A stretch of 64,000 nt of DNA from Guillardia theta CCMP2712 (lineage: Eukaryota; Protista; Cryptophyta). Location: positions 523,200 to 587,199 of the forward strand of contig NW_005434642.1 in NCBI RefSeq assembly GCF_000315625.1, given 5' to 3'. Position 1 is the stretch's first letter. Each line of letters opens with the position of its first letter. The notes beneath the pieces are model-generated. The model did not search any database and was not told the origin of the DNA. It saw only the letters and a program-made list of their open reading frames with translations. The position numbers were made by a program, and so were the translations under genes. Positions 48,801 through 64,000 of this stretch are shown in pieces.

Positions 48801-49718
48801 TTCTCGAGAGACATGGCAGATGTGGAGGCAGCCTTGTCGGGACTCGGTCTCGTCGTCTCCTCCTCCTTCGACTCATTTGATCTCAGTCTCTGCCCTCTGC
48901 TTCCTGCCATGCAGAAGCTGCGAAGTCACTCGCTTTGGATCTCAAGCGAATATCAAAGCTTCCCGGCAGCGAGGAAGCGTCGGCTGGAGCTGCTGTGGAT
49001 GAGGTGCGCAAACGAGACGTATGCTCCTGCCCTATTTGATCACAGCGACTTGCTTCAAGACGACCTGGATGTCTTACAACATGAAGCGAGACAGCAACAG
49101 CAACGGCAACGGCAACAGCAACAGCAACAGGGAAAGGAATCTGGCCATCTGGGTTATAAGGCGTCTCCAAACGAGGTCGAGCTGGAACGGAGCAGGAGGC
49201 AAGCACAGGAAGCGTTGCTGTGGGCGCAAGTGCAGTCGATGTTTCGATCTGCGAAGTTGAAGGAGGGGAGGAGGAAGATGAAGGAGCGAGAAGAGCTCCA
49301 ACAGGTCAAGCTCGAGGAGAAAACTTTACAGGAACTCGCAGCATCGCATGCACATCCTATGTTTGAGCGTGCGACACAAGTCGCTGCAGCTTCTGCTTCT
49401 CTCTTGTCCTCTCCTCTTGCCGCAACGTCTGCCCACATACCATCGGAGAAGCCGAGCTTCTGCTCCCTTCTGCTGGGCCTGGGGTCCGCCACCGGAAGGT
49501 GGAAGATTCTGTCGCTGCCTGAAGGTGGGTCGGCGCGCAAGTCGGGCAAGGTGAAGGTGGGGGAGCAGCTGATGAAAGTGGGAGGGAAAGACGTAGAGAG
49601 CGCAACAGCGAGCGAGATCCAGCAGAAACTGGTGGGTCCTGCTAGGGAGGAGGTGGAGCTGGAGGTGATGAGTGAGGAGGGAGAGCGAAGAATCGTTTCG
49701 CTACATCGAGATTGTTGA
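45824..49718 (+). CDS. Large protein: signal peptide, coiled coil, TPR-like repeats and two PDZ domains (one gene or two)
   Basis: 787-aa ORF with SASAWHGLAVLEHALGQTAEALECC (TPR) and EGSPAGEAGLRPEDLVLAFG...VTPRAWEGSGLLGC (Nas2/GRASP-type PDZ). Probable splice into 48489-49718, which ends in GGSARKSGKVKVGEQLMKVGG (PDZ). Confidence 0.65.
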
Positions 49719-49789
49719 GAATGAGAATATCTGCTCGAGAAGAATAAACCCGTCACCCTTCCCTCCTCTTCTTCGTCTCCGCTTCTTCA

Positions 49790-51350
49790 TTAATGTACAG
49801 CACCACCTATCACAGGCGGCCTGAGGTCTCCTCCCACAGCGGCAGTTCGCCTCCCCTTCCCGCGATCTCCTGCACGCACAAGCCCAGCAGCAGCCCCTGC
49901 AGGGCTGCGAGGAGTGAGGGAGAAACACGCGGGAGAGACGTGAACCTGCGCAGAGGTGACGGTCGTGGGCAGTGATGGGGACGAGGGCGATAAAGATGAG
50001 GTAGCCGCGAAGGTTGAAGGAGTAGTACTTGCGCACCTGATGAACGTGAGAAGCCAACAGCGAGGGAAGGTGAGAGAGAGAAAGCGAGGGAAGGTGAGAG
50101 AGAGAGAAAGCGAGGGAAGGTGAGAGAGAGAGACAGCGAGGGTTTGGGGTGATGGCAGGTGGCAAGAGAAGGTAGGAGGCTCACCAAAACGGATACAGCA
50201 AGGAACGCGAGAGCAACAGCGGAGTACATGAGGAAGAAGCGCTTGAGCTCTCCACCCCTGCAATCTACCATGACCAACGAGCGCGGAAGGAATTAAGATA
50301 ATGCTCGATAACACGAACAGGAAGAGCAGGAGCAGAGGTAGAGGCAGAGGCAGAGGCAGGAGCGGGAGCGAGAGCAGCGGCGGGAGCGGGAGCGGGAGCA
50401 GGAGGAGCGGGAGGAGCGGGAGCAGGAGGAGCGGGAAGAGGAGGAGGAGGTGCTTGCCACCGGTATAGAAGATAAAGGCAGTAGACGAGAAGGGGAAGAC
50501 AAGCCAGCAGTGTGGCTCCGATGACGAGGAGGTAGGGTAGAGTGTCTGTGCCCAGCACAAGAAACGCTCGAAAAGTTGCGACCCATCCCGAACTGAGCAG
50601 GTGAGGGCGAGGGCGAAGCGAGACAAGCAGCTTACCTCTCGAGCAGATTCACCTGCTGCAGAATCTGCCAGGCCGGAAGGAGTGACGGGAAACTGCAGCC
50701 GAAGAGCATGGGAAGAGCAAAGCACGCGAAGTTGCGGGAGAGAAGCTCCTTGGGGTTCCTGGCAGGCGCAGGGAGTCTTTGCGACCAGTGGCGCTGCAGG
50801 CTGACAGTGAGGGGAGGCTGAGGACAAGCAGCTTCACCTGGTTGAGGGGGAAGGGGATGTGCCACAGCCATGGGGGGCAGCGCAGGACCCACGCAGGTCC
50901 GAGGAGGTAGAGAGCAGGAGAGAGAGCGAGGAGGTGGAGGAGAGGAGAAATCAAACCTTGGGGCATCAACTGCGCCTGCATCTCTCCCTCGCTCCCTCTC
51001 AGCCCGAGAGCCGAGAGCGTCTGCATGGAGGCGAAGAGTCCCAGCCAGCCATACATCCAGAAGCAGCCGCAGAGCAAGAAGATCCACAGCAGCAGCGGAG
51101 GCAGAGAAAACGCGACGAAGGCGCTCATCATCGGGATGACACAGGCGGCGGCATGCCATCGTAGAGCGAAGGGACAAGGTTTGGTAGCTTCCTCGAACTC
51201 AACGCTGAACCTGACAAGGAGGTGAGAAGAGAGGAGGACAGCGATCCTCACCTGGCGTCGTCTTGTTGACTCAGGTCAAGGCTCAGACTCTCAACTCCGT
51301 TACGAAGAGAGCCGGCATACTCCGACCTGCTGCACCTGAGACGCACAACA
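49790..51350 (-). CDS. Multi-pass membrane protein exons (possibly 3' part of the LamG gene)
   Basis: Hydrophobic exons: FVAFSLPPLLLWIFLLCGCFWMYGWLG; LPYLLVIGATLLACLPLLVYCLYLLY; FFLMYSAVALAFLAVSVLVSLL. Confidence 0.5.
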
Positions 51351-51391
51351 AGAATGACAGCTTGAGAGCCCTGACCTTCTCTCGGACAGCT

Positions 51392-54300
51392 TCAGCGTGA
51401 AGCATCGGCTGCTCCCTCCCTCCTTCCCCAGGATCCCCGAGTGAAGCGCTCCTCTGCCCTCTTTTTCAGCTCTTCACCCCCACACACCCACACCCGCAAG
51501 CGACTCACCGGCATAGAGCCGTTCGATCCGCATATCCCTGCACTCCCCCAGCAGCACTCGGCCCGCCAAAGACGTCGTTCCAACCCCAGACCGGCTGCTG
51601 ACCGAGAGGGGAACCAGAGGCTTCGGGACTCCCCGAGAGAAATCCGTCGAGGAGGAGGAGGAGCGAGTTTCTCTCCTCGCATCTCCTCGGGCACATCAGC
51701 CGCTTCTCTCCTACATCCTCCCAGCTCTGCCACTAGGAGCTCCTCAGCTCCGCACACCAGCCGCTCGTCGTACCGGAAGGTCCAGCGCGGTGGTCCAGCA
51801 GTTGAGGGCGTACACGGACTCGTCCTGCCTGCTCGCCCGTCAGCTCCCGAGGGCTTCGAGCTCGCAAACCTCATGGTGACGAAGCCGAGCATGGCGAGGA
51901 AAGAAGAGACGAGGACGAGGAAGCTCAGGCTGCGAGCCACCCGGAAGTTCACGGCATGAACAGCCTGTGCGGTCAGCCTGGCAGTGCGTGAGAGCTGGTG
52001 GGAGCGAGACTGGAGGGACCTCATGGGCTCCTGCCAGACGATATACCCCATGCGAATGAGCTCCTGCAGGGCTTGAGGAGAGGCGCAAACGAGGAACAAG
52101 CGACCTCCATGAGAACCTCGTCGCGGTAGAACTTGTTGATCCACACTCGCTCCTCCTCATCCGATGCTTGAGACTCGGTGTTGGTCTTGCTCAGCATGTG
52201 CGATGGAGAAGACCTGCCATCTCTTTCCGACCTTGCACTCCTCGTCTGCCTCTCTTGTGAGATCTCAAGCTCCGAGTCAATTGCATCCTCCTGCTCTGAT
52301 CGTCTCTCTTCTGACGTCCACGACGACGCCTCGTCGGCTGAGGTCGAGCGACTGGAAGAGAAGGACGAGAGGCGCTTGCGCTGAGTCGGCCAATCTGAGA
52401 TCTTAGAGACGCACATAATGACGGCCATGGCGCAGACGCTGCTCAACATGAGGCCGATGACATCTGATCGAGTGTGCCAGCTCACCTGACCATGTCTAGC
52501 AGAGCTCCGAAGCAGAGCCGTTGATCGCCGTTGAGATCAGTCTACAAGCAGAGATCAGCATGAGGCCAAGGGACGAGCCACCCTCACCTGCTTCATCGCT
52601 ACTGTCCCGATCCACAAGGCTCTCTTGCTGATCGCAACCGTGAAGAACCAGATCTGAGCATGCGTCATACACGCCAAGCATCTCCTCTCCTCACTCGAAG
52701 CAGCCGCAAGTTTCGGCTCCTGCTCGATCTCTCGAAGACGCTCGTCTCATCCAACTTGTCGACGCCCGGAGCTCTTCCAGACGACCACCAGGGCTTGAGG
52801 AGGAGAAGCCATCTCCATGACCATGACGGACGCGCGTCCGATCTCGTGCTCGCTCCTGCACTGAGCATCGCAGCGGTCTCCTCAAGTGTGCCTTGCTCCA
52901 CTTGTTTGCCTTTCCTGTGGCTACGTGAGTTGGCAGCACCTTGATGGACTCCAACCTTGAGAGCTGGTGGGGGAGGGAGAAGTTGCTGTCGATGAGAATC
53001 TTGTGAGAGGGGAGCGAGCTCAGCACGTAGGCAGGGACCAACGACAAGACCTGCACCATCGCAAACGTCAATCCCTACCTGCTCCCTCCCTGCACCAACC
53101 GCGATGGCCACGAGCGGGTAACCGACGCCACGCACGCAGCTGCCGTCGTCGATGAGGGTGACGGGGGGTGGGAGGCGAAAGGACTCAAAGGTCAGAGGCT
53201 GGTTGCACAGACCCAAGAAGAGCGGCAAAGAACTTCTTCCCGTTCCAGCCAAGTCGGCAGAGAAGCAGACGAAGACTGCACTCCAGCAAACTATGAGAAG
53301 AACAATGGCGCCGGCTCCGGTGGGGTTGAGGTAATCTACGACAGAGAGAGAGACAGAGGTCAAAGGTCAATCGAAGGCTGAAAGACAAGGAGGAAAACCT
53401 GAGCAAGCCAACAGCAGCAAAGACCCTCCGCTCTCACAAAAGCCCCAGAACAGATAGTGCATCCCGCTGACCGTCCGCCCATCTTGAGAAGCGAAAGAAG
53501 GATAGCGATACCTGCAACCACCATTATACATGTTGACGTCTCGAGTAGAAACAAGAAACCAATCAGACGAGTAAGAGACAGCAAGCAATCCTGCTAGAAC
53601 GGCCAAGAAAGCTGTGGGGTAGACCGGATGGGCATGAAGCACAGGAAAGTGCTCAGGGATAGCAAGCTCTCGAACATTCTTCTCGAGCTGATTGTTGCCA
53701 TGCGCTAAGTTGGACCTGCTGGAATTCAGCTAGTCGTCAAGGGGTCAGCAGGCACACCAGTTCAAGTGGAGGATGGCAGCAACGACAAGAACCAACATCC
53801 CTGCTATGGAGCAACCGGACGCGACCAGCGCGACAGCAAACTCGCTGGTCGCAGCATTGCCTAGCTCTTGATCACATTCCGCGAAAACTCCTTTCTTGGA
53901 GGAGTTGGATGGCTCGTTTAGAGGTTGCCCGTAGATATCTAGAGCAGCGTCACAGGTTTCATGATAAGATGTATCCCGCACCTTCAAACGTTTTCCAATG
54001 CTCGATCAAGGCGTCTTCCGATACTTCGCTATCATACACCTGATAATCATCCTCTCACACACGCCTCGTTTGCAACGCATGGAGCGTCTGATATACACCG
54101 CTAAACGAGCCAGCTTGCCGTTGAATCCTTCGCCAACTGCTATGCCCCTGAAGATGGACTGTCATGCCTGCAAAACGACCGATCTCATTCATACCTCGCT
54201 CGGATACACTTCGACTCTTGTCGCTGCTTTGAACAAGGACCACCAAACTGCATGAGATTACCTTGAAAACGACTTTGTCTAGCAAAACCTTAGTCAGCAC

Positions 54301-55190
54301 ATTGTCGAATGCCATGTTTCTCTACCTCAAAGTGCCGTTGATGTGAAGATTGAGATGAGTTCCGTTGAATATCAGAGCAACATGATGCCAAGATGAAGCA
54401 GGAAAGCTTGAATTGCCATTCGCTGCCCTGACCTTGTATGAAACATGTTTCAATGTTGATTGAGCGTTTGGAAGGAAATAACGGCTCACCGAGTCCATCT
54501 TCATGAAGTAAGAGCTGTTTCGCTCGGGGTCGTTGAGGTTGACGTAGGCTGCTATCTCATTGCCCTCTATCAAGATCCGAGGCCTGCATGCAACATTTCA
54601 TCTCCTTGAGAAGACGACACTCCCTCTACGTGAACACTGTCGACTCGTTGAGGAGGCGAAAAATGCTTTGAGTCGCAGCACCATCATGCGTGGGACCTGA
54701 ACAACATCGCAGTGAGAACAGGCAACGATTGCCAACCTAGTACATCTCAGAGAGACAAGAAGTTCGACAGTAAATGACTGCACAGCAGGAAGGTAGAATT
54801 GAGGGATTGTGATCCTTCCACGAGCATTGAAGGACACAAACGTCTGATTGTCCTGTCCGTCCCACCACACGCAAGGCTTTCTTGTACAGGTGTTGTCTTC
54901 CTGAAGGACTCCCTGAAATCTTCCGTTCCTGCCATTCGGAGAGTCAAAGTCGGGTGCTGCAGGGATGATGCTTCCAAGTACCTCAGCTTCAAAGACCTGC
55001 CGCTGCTATCAGGCACTTGCAGGCTGTCCCATCCAAGCACAGGTTGCAGCTTCCAGTAACCCCAGGGTCTTTCAATCAAGACTAGGTCGTCATACTTGTC
55101 ACTGTAGACCATATGCATCTCAATGAATAAACCCAACAAGACCAGACGAGTGGGCGACCAGCACGTCCGGGAGACTCTTGAACTAGCCAT
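51392..55190 (-). CDS. Signal peptide + LamG/concanavalin-like ectodomain + multiple TM segments, multi-exon
   Basis: YDDLVLIERPWGYWKL, SFTVELL and WHHVALIFNGTHLNLHINGTL (LamG_3-like), followed by several hydrophobic helices. Confidence 0.65.
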
Positions 55191-55449
55191 ATGCTTCGGT
55201 TCGCCCGCACTCTCGGCAAACCAACACTTTCAATGTCGGCCAGCTCGCGTTCGTTCTTCGCACCCTGCCACTTGGTTGCTTGCTCAAGGTCTCGTGCTCA
55301 GACTCGCTCCTCCTCGTCCGCTCCTCCTCGCCTCCCTTCTTCTCGGTTCCCCTCCAGCCTGCCCATCTCTCTCCCCCGGCATCGCCATCCCCGATATTTT
55401 TAACTAAGCTAATTCAATATTTCGCGGGGCTACCATTCAATGTTACACT

Positions 55450-56512
55450 AGTAGAGGTCTTATGGAAGCCCTGAATTGCGTAGCGTAGGTACTAAAGTTT
55501 TACTTAAATCAGCTCTGAATTCAGACACTATTCAGGCTCTGAATAGTTTCCTATGTCACTATTCAGGGCCTGAATAGCGTTTGAATAGCTAAATCGCAAC
55601 GGTTCGACATCTCGGTAAAAGCCGACGAGCGGCGCCCTGGCAGGGCGTTCCACACAGCGTACACATGGCGTGCGCAGCCTCGCCCGACTTCCTTCCCGTG
55701 AACCTCTGCCTCTCCATCTGACTGACAACATAACATCAACTATCATCCTGTCAGCATAGACTCATGGCAGCCTGCACACCTAGCTCACCCTCACTCTTTA
55801 TTAGCTCTTGTTGCTCGCTGTTGAACATCTCTGAGACAGCAAGATTGTGTTGCTGAAAGCTTTCCTGTTGTGTGTTCAACGAGGACAATGATAACGAATC
55901 CAAATGTAATGTACAACGCTACATATGATTAACATACAGCATCTTTTCATAGTAACATGCATATGTTCAAGAACAGGCAAAGGTAAACTTCGAAGGATAT
56001 TCCAACGGGCTAACGTCACCGCTTCCTGTGCATGTGTCAAGCTATGCAGATTCCAGTGAGCTCATCTGTAGTCACCAAGGATTGGAGACATGAATCCTGA
56101 AGGGGACACAAATATCGTGAGCTTTCGCTTGAATTTAGGAAGTTCATGCAATAAATGATTTCATACTGTACGCTTCATGTTGTTGATTTCCTGCATTGAC
56201 AGCAACAGAGATATTGCATGAGCGGCTCATGCAATATCTCTGTTGCTGGAATCTCATATGACTGCAACGCAACCTTCGCATACGCATCAGATCTGCATTC
56301 TTTCTGCATAGCATGGCAACCGCATGAATGCATCGATGGAACGAGTTGTTGACAGTTAAAAAAAAGCGATGGTTGTGGTACAAATTGATAACTGGAATCT
56401 TTAGCTAGGGTCATCTATGGATTTAACCTAGATCTTAACCCCTTTCTCCAGGTTAACTAAACTGGGCACACTACGCAACGCTATTCAGAAGGACATCCAT
56501 AAGACCTCTACT
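55450..56512. mobile_element. Non-autonomous DNA transposon (MITE-like) with ~40 bp imperfect TIRs
   Basis: Left end AGTAGAGGTCTTATGGA-agcc-CTGAATTGCGTAGCGTAG. Right end reverse-complemented AGTAGAGGTCTTATGGA-tgtcctt-CTGAATAGCGTTGCGTAG. Subterminal CTATTCAG/CTGAATAG palindromes; AT-richer interior with no long ORF. Confidence 0.75.
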
Positions 56513-56596
56513 CTGAGTTTTGCATTCGCCGACTCGGAGTCCGGCGATCGGACCGTACTACGGCCCGGGTACGGTCACCCGGAGTCCGGGTTTTGT

Positions 56597-59500
56597 ACAG
56601 CGAGAAGCTGCACAAACACACACAAAACACTGAAAACCCGAAAAGAACCAGCACTGCTGGCAACCGTCAGCAGACCAGGCATCGAAGCAGCCGAAGGGTC
56701 AAGCAATCAAGCAACAAGCAGCAGGAGCGGCAGGAGGAATAAAATCCGTTAGACGCAAAGGGCAGCCGCCGCGACAAGGAGCCGGCGCTGCCCGGGGCTC
56801 CGCCCGGGGGCAGCGGGCGGAGGGAGGCTGGACACATGAACACGGTACCGCTCGAGGTAGTCCTCCTCGCTAGCCTCCGAGTCAGCGGTAGCCGAGGACC
56901 GCCCGTGACGGCGGCGACGCCGCAGCCGCTGAATGCTCAAGGACCGGCGTGACCCGACCGATGCCGGGGAGGAAGCAGGTGAGCTCGGACCAGCAGCAAG
57001 CACCCCAGTGGTGTCGAGCTCTCCGGAGGCACCCGACGTCACAGTGAGGGACGGAGACGCCTCGCCAGCTCCGCGCCGATCGTCGGCGCCACTCGAAGTG
57101 TTTCCCCCATCGGAGTCGGAGACCTCCGGCGAAGACTCCTCCTCGGGCGACTCGACAAAGTCCGAGGAGGAGCTGTCCTCTGGCTCGAGAAGTGCTTGCG
57201 CCCGCAAGGGCGTCATGCGCCTCGCACCAGACAAGAGCGCTTCCAGCGTAAGCTGCATGGTGAGGCGCTGATAGGTGGCGGCGCGTTTGCGAGCCAAGAC
57301 CTCAGCAGCAGGTCCGTCATCAGGCACGAAGTGCCGACCAAACGCCGCATCCTCAAGAGGCATCGAGCGCTGAGCAATGATGTCCGCCAAATACCAGATG
57401 AAGCGGAGGGTGTCAGGATGCAGGGCTAGTATAGGATTTACTGGCAGAAGATAAAAAGTGCCTCAAGCAAAACAAAGCAGGAACAAGCTGAACCGGCAGG
57501 TACACAGTCCACAGCGAGAAGCTGCACAAACACACACAAAACACAAGCCCGAAAAGAACCAGCACTGCTGGCACCCAGACGCGGCAGCGCCAGCCCAAGC
57601 GCGAAGCCGCGCAGACAAGCAGCCTAAGGGTCAGGCAATCAAGCAACAAGCAGCAGGAGCATGCAGGAGGAATAAAATCCCTTAGACGCGATACCCGGAG
57701 GCAGCCGACTGACCACTGTCAGTCGAGACGTCCGCTGCCGCCACAAAGCGGGCGGCCGCGGACGGAGAAAGGGCAGCCGCCGACAAGGAGCCGGCGCTGC
57801 CCGGGTGTCCGCCTGGGGCAGCGGACGGAGGGAGGCTGGACACATGAACACGGTACCGCTCGAGGTAGTCCTCCTCGCTAGCCTCCGAGTCAGCGGTAGC
57901 CAAGTCAGTGGTAGCCGCCCGTGACGGCGGCGACGCCGCGGCAATGCCCAAGGACTGGCGTGACCCGACCGATGCCGGGGAGGAAGCAGGTGAGCTCGGA
58001 CCAGCAGCAAGCACTGCACCCCAGTGGTGTCGAGCTCTCCGGAGGCACCCGACGTCACAGTGAGGGACGGAGACGCCTCGCCAGCTCCGCGCCGGTCGTC
58101 GGGGCCACTCGAAGTGTTTCCCCCATCGGAGTCGGAGACCTCCGGCGAAGACTCCTCGGGCGACTCGACAAAGTCCGAGGAGGAGCTGTCCTCTGGCTCG
58201 AGAAGTGCTTGCGCCCGCAAGGGCGTCATGCGCCTCGCACCAGACAAGAGCGCCTCCAGCGTAAGCTGCATGGTGAGGCGCTGATAGGTGGCGGCGCGTT
58301 TGCGAGCCAAGACCTCAGCAGCAGGGCCGTCATCAGGCACGAAGTGCCGACCAAACGCCGCATCCTCAAGAGGCATCGAGCGCTGAGCAATGATGTCCGC
58401 GAGATACCAGATGAAGCGGAGGGTGTCAGGATGCAGGGTACCGTCCGTCGAGATGGCAAGAGGGATGAACGCTCGAGGAGGAGTAGTCATGGCATAGCTG
58501 AACCGGCAGGTACACAGTCCACAGCGAGAAGCTGCACAATCACACACAAAACACAAGCCCGAAAAGAACCAGCACTGCTGGCACCCAGACGCGGCATCGC
58601 CAGCCCAAGCGCGAAGCCGCGCAGACAAGCAGCCGAAGGGTCAAGCAATCAAGCAACAAGCAGCAGGAGCACGCAGGAGGAATAAAATCCCTTAGACGCG
58701 ATACCCGGAGGCAGCCGACTGACCACTGTCAGTCGAGACGTCCGCTGCCGCCACAAAGCGGGCGGCCGCGGACGGAGAAAGGGCAGCCGCCGCGACAAGG
58801 AGCCGGCGTTGCCCGGGGGTCCGCCAGGGGCAGCGGACGGAGGGAGGCTGGACACATGAACACGGTACCGCTCGAGGTAGTCCTCCTCGCTAGCCTCCGA
58901 GTCAGCGGTAGCCAAGTCAGTGGTAGCCGCCCGTGACGGCGGCGACGCCGCGGCAATGCCCAAGGACCGGCGTGACCCGACCGATGCCGGGGAGGAAGCA
59001 GGTGAGCTCGGACCAGCAGCAAGCACCCCAGTGGTGTCGAGCTCTCCGGAGGCACCCGACGTCACAGTGAGGGACGGAGACGCCTCGCCAGCTCCGCGCC
59101 GATCGTCGGCGCCACTCGAAGTGTTTCCCCCATCGGAGTCGGAGACCTCCGGCGAAGACTCCTCCTCGGGCGACTCGACAAAGTCCGAGGAGGAGCTGTC
59201 CTCTGGCTCGAGAAGTGCTTGCGCCCGCAAGGGCGTCATGCGCCTCGCACCAGACAAGAGCGCTTCCAGCGTAAGCTGCATGGTGAGGCGCTGATAGGTG
59301 GCGGCGCGTTTGCGAGCCAAGACCTCAGCAGCAGGTCCGTCATCAGGCACGAAGTGCCGACCAAACGCCGCATCCTCAAGAGGCATCGAGCGCTGAGCAA
59401 TGATGTCCGCCAAATACCAGATGAAGCGGAGGGTGTCAGGATGCAGCGCTAGTATAGGATTTACTGGCAGAAGATAAAAAGTGCCTCAAGCAAAACAAAG

Positions 59501-59809
59501 CAGGAACAAGCTGAACCGGCAGGTACACAGTCCACAGCGAGAAGCTGCACAATCACACACAAAACACAAGCCCGAAAAGAACCAGCACTGCTGGCACCCA
59601 GACGCGGCATCGCCAGCCCAAGCGCGCCATCAAGCCCTCGTACTGCTCGGACCCTCGATCGCGGATTCCAGGGATGTGGATATTGCCCTTCATCTTGCGG
59701 CCATGAGGATGGGAGGGTACCTGCCGTCGAGAACGAGGATCCCCGACTGTATCGATGACGCTCTGAAGACCAGCTTCGTTCAGCATCGACCGAATCGTAC
59801 GAGTAAGGT
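56597..59809 (-). mobile_element. Head-to-tail array of 5'-truncated 3' ends of a CRE-clade non-LTR retrotransposon
   Basis: Three ~0.8-1.1 kb near-identical units encode (RAFIPLAISTDGT)LHPDTLRFIWYLADII...YQRLTMQLTLEALLSGARRM, typical of the C-terminus of restriction-like-endonuclease (REL) retrotransposons, plus a GT-rich 3' UTR. An upstream REL fragment lies at 59628-59809. Confidence 0.75.
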
Positions 59810-60118
59810 NNNNNNNNNNNNNNNNNNNNNNNNNNNNNNNNNNNNNNNNNNNNNNNNNNNNNNNNNNNNNNNNNNNNNNNNNNNNNNNNNNNNNNNNNNN
59901 NNNNNNNNNATCTTTACCGTTTTTGGACCTCCTCTTTCACATGTGAGCGTTTTCTTGTCCTCTCCTCACACCATTCGTCGAGTTTCTTCAGGTTCTCCCT
60001 GTTTTCATTCAAAAATTTGAATTTTCCTGGCGGTCATCTGCATGCTACTTGGTATCTTGGGCTCTGTCGAGACCTCATGGCACTAGGTTTCACTTGTGCT
60101 CTGTTCTGATCCTCTCCC

Positions 60119-64000
<3,882 letters not shown>

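Noticed and set aside
55450-56512. Fanzor/TnpB or transposase gene
   Set aside because: No ORF with RuvC or DDE motifs is visible inside the element.

Overview
This is eukaryotic nuclear DNA, not prokaryotic. It is gene-dense, with many short (~45-60 nt) GT-AG introns, longer GA/CT low-complexity introns, scaffold N-gaps and bipartite plastid-targeting leaders (ASA-F, VYA-F). The style fits an alga with a red-derived secondary plastid, most likely a cryptophyte such as Guillardia theta (inference). Recognisable genes are an STN7/STN8-family thylakoid kinase, a DnaJ protein, a secreted multi-EF-hand protein, a SAM methyltransferase, an intronless xylulokinase, an ICMT/PEMT-family methyltransferase, a ZIP metal transporter, two PhyH dioxygenases, PrimPol, a Tat-type thylakoid-lumen protein of unknown function, a duplicated sulfotransferase, a frameshifted RWP-RK factor, a chromo-barrel/Ies6 fusion, a TPR/PDZ protein and a LamG membrane protein. 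The right end is a mobile-element nest. It holds a ~1.06 kb element with terminal inverted repeats (TIRs), then a minus-strand head-to-tail array of 3' fragments of a CRE-clade non-LTR retrotransposon. After a gap comes a plus-strand CRE-type ORF, missed by the ORF track, with a long polyQ tract and a YADN catalytic motif. Spliced-gene coordinates were read by eye and are approximate unless exons are given.
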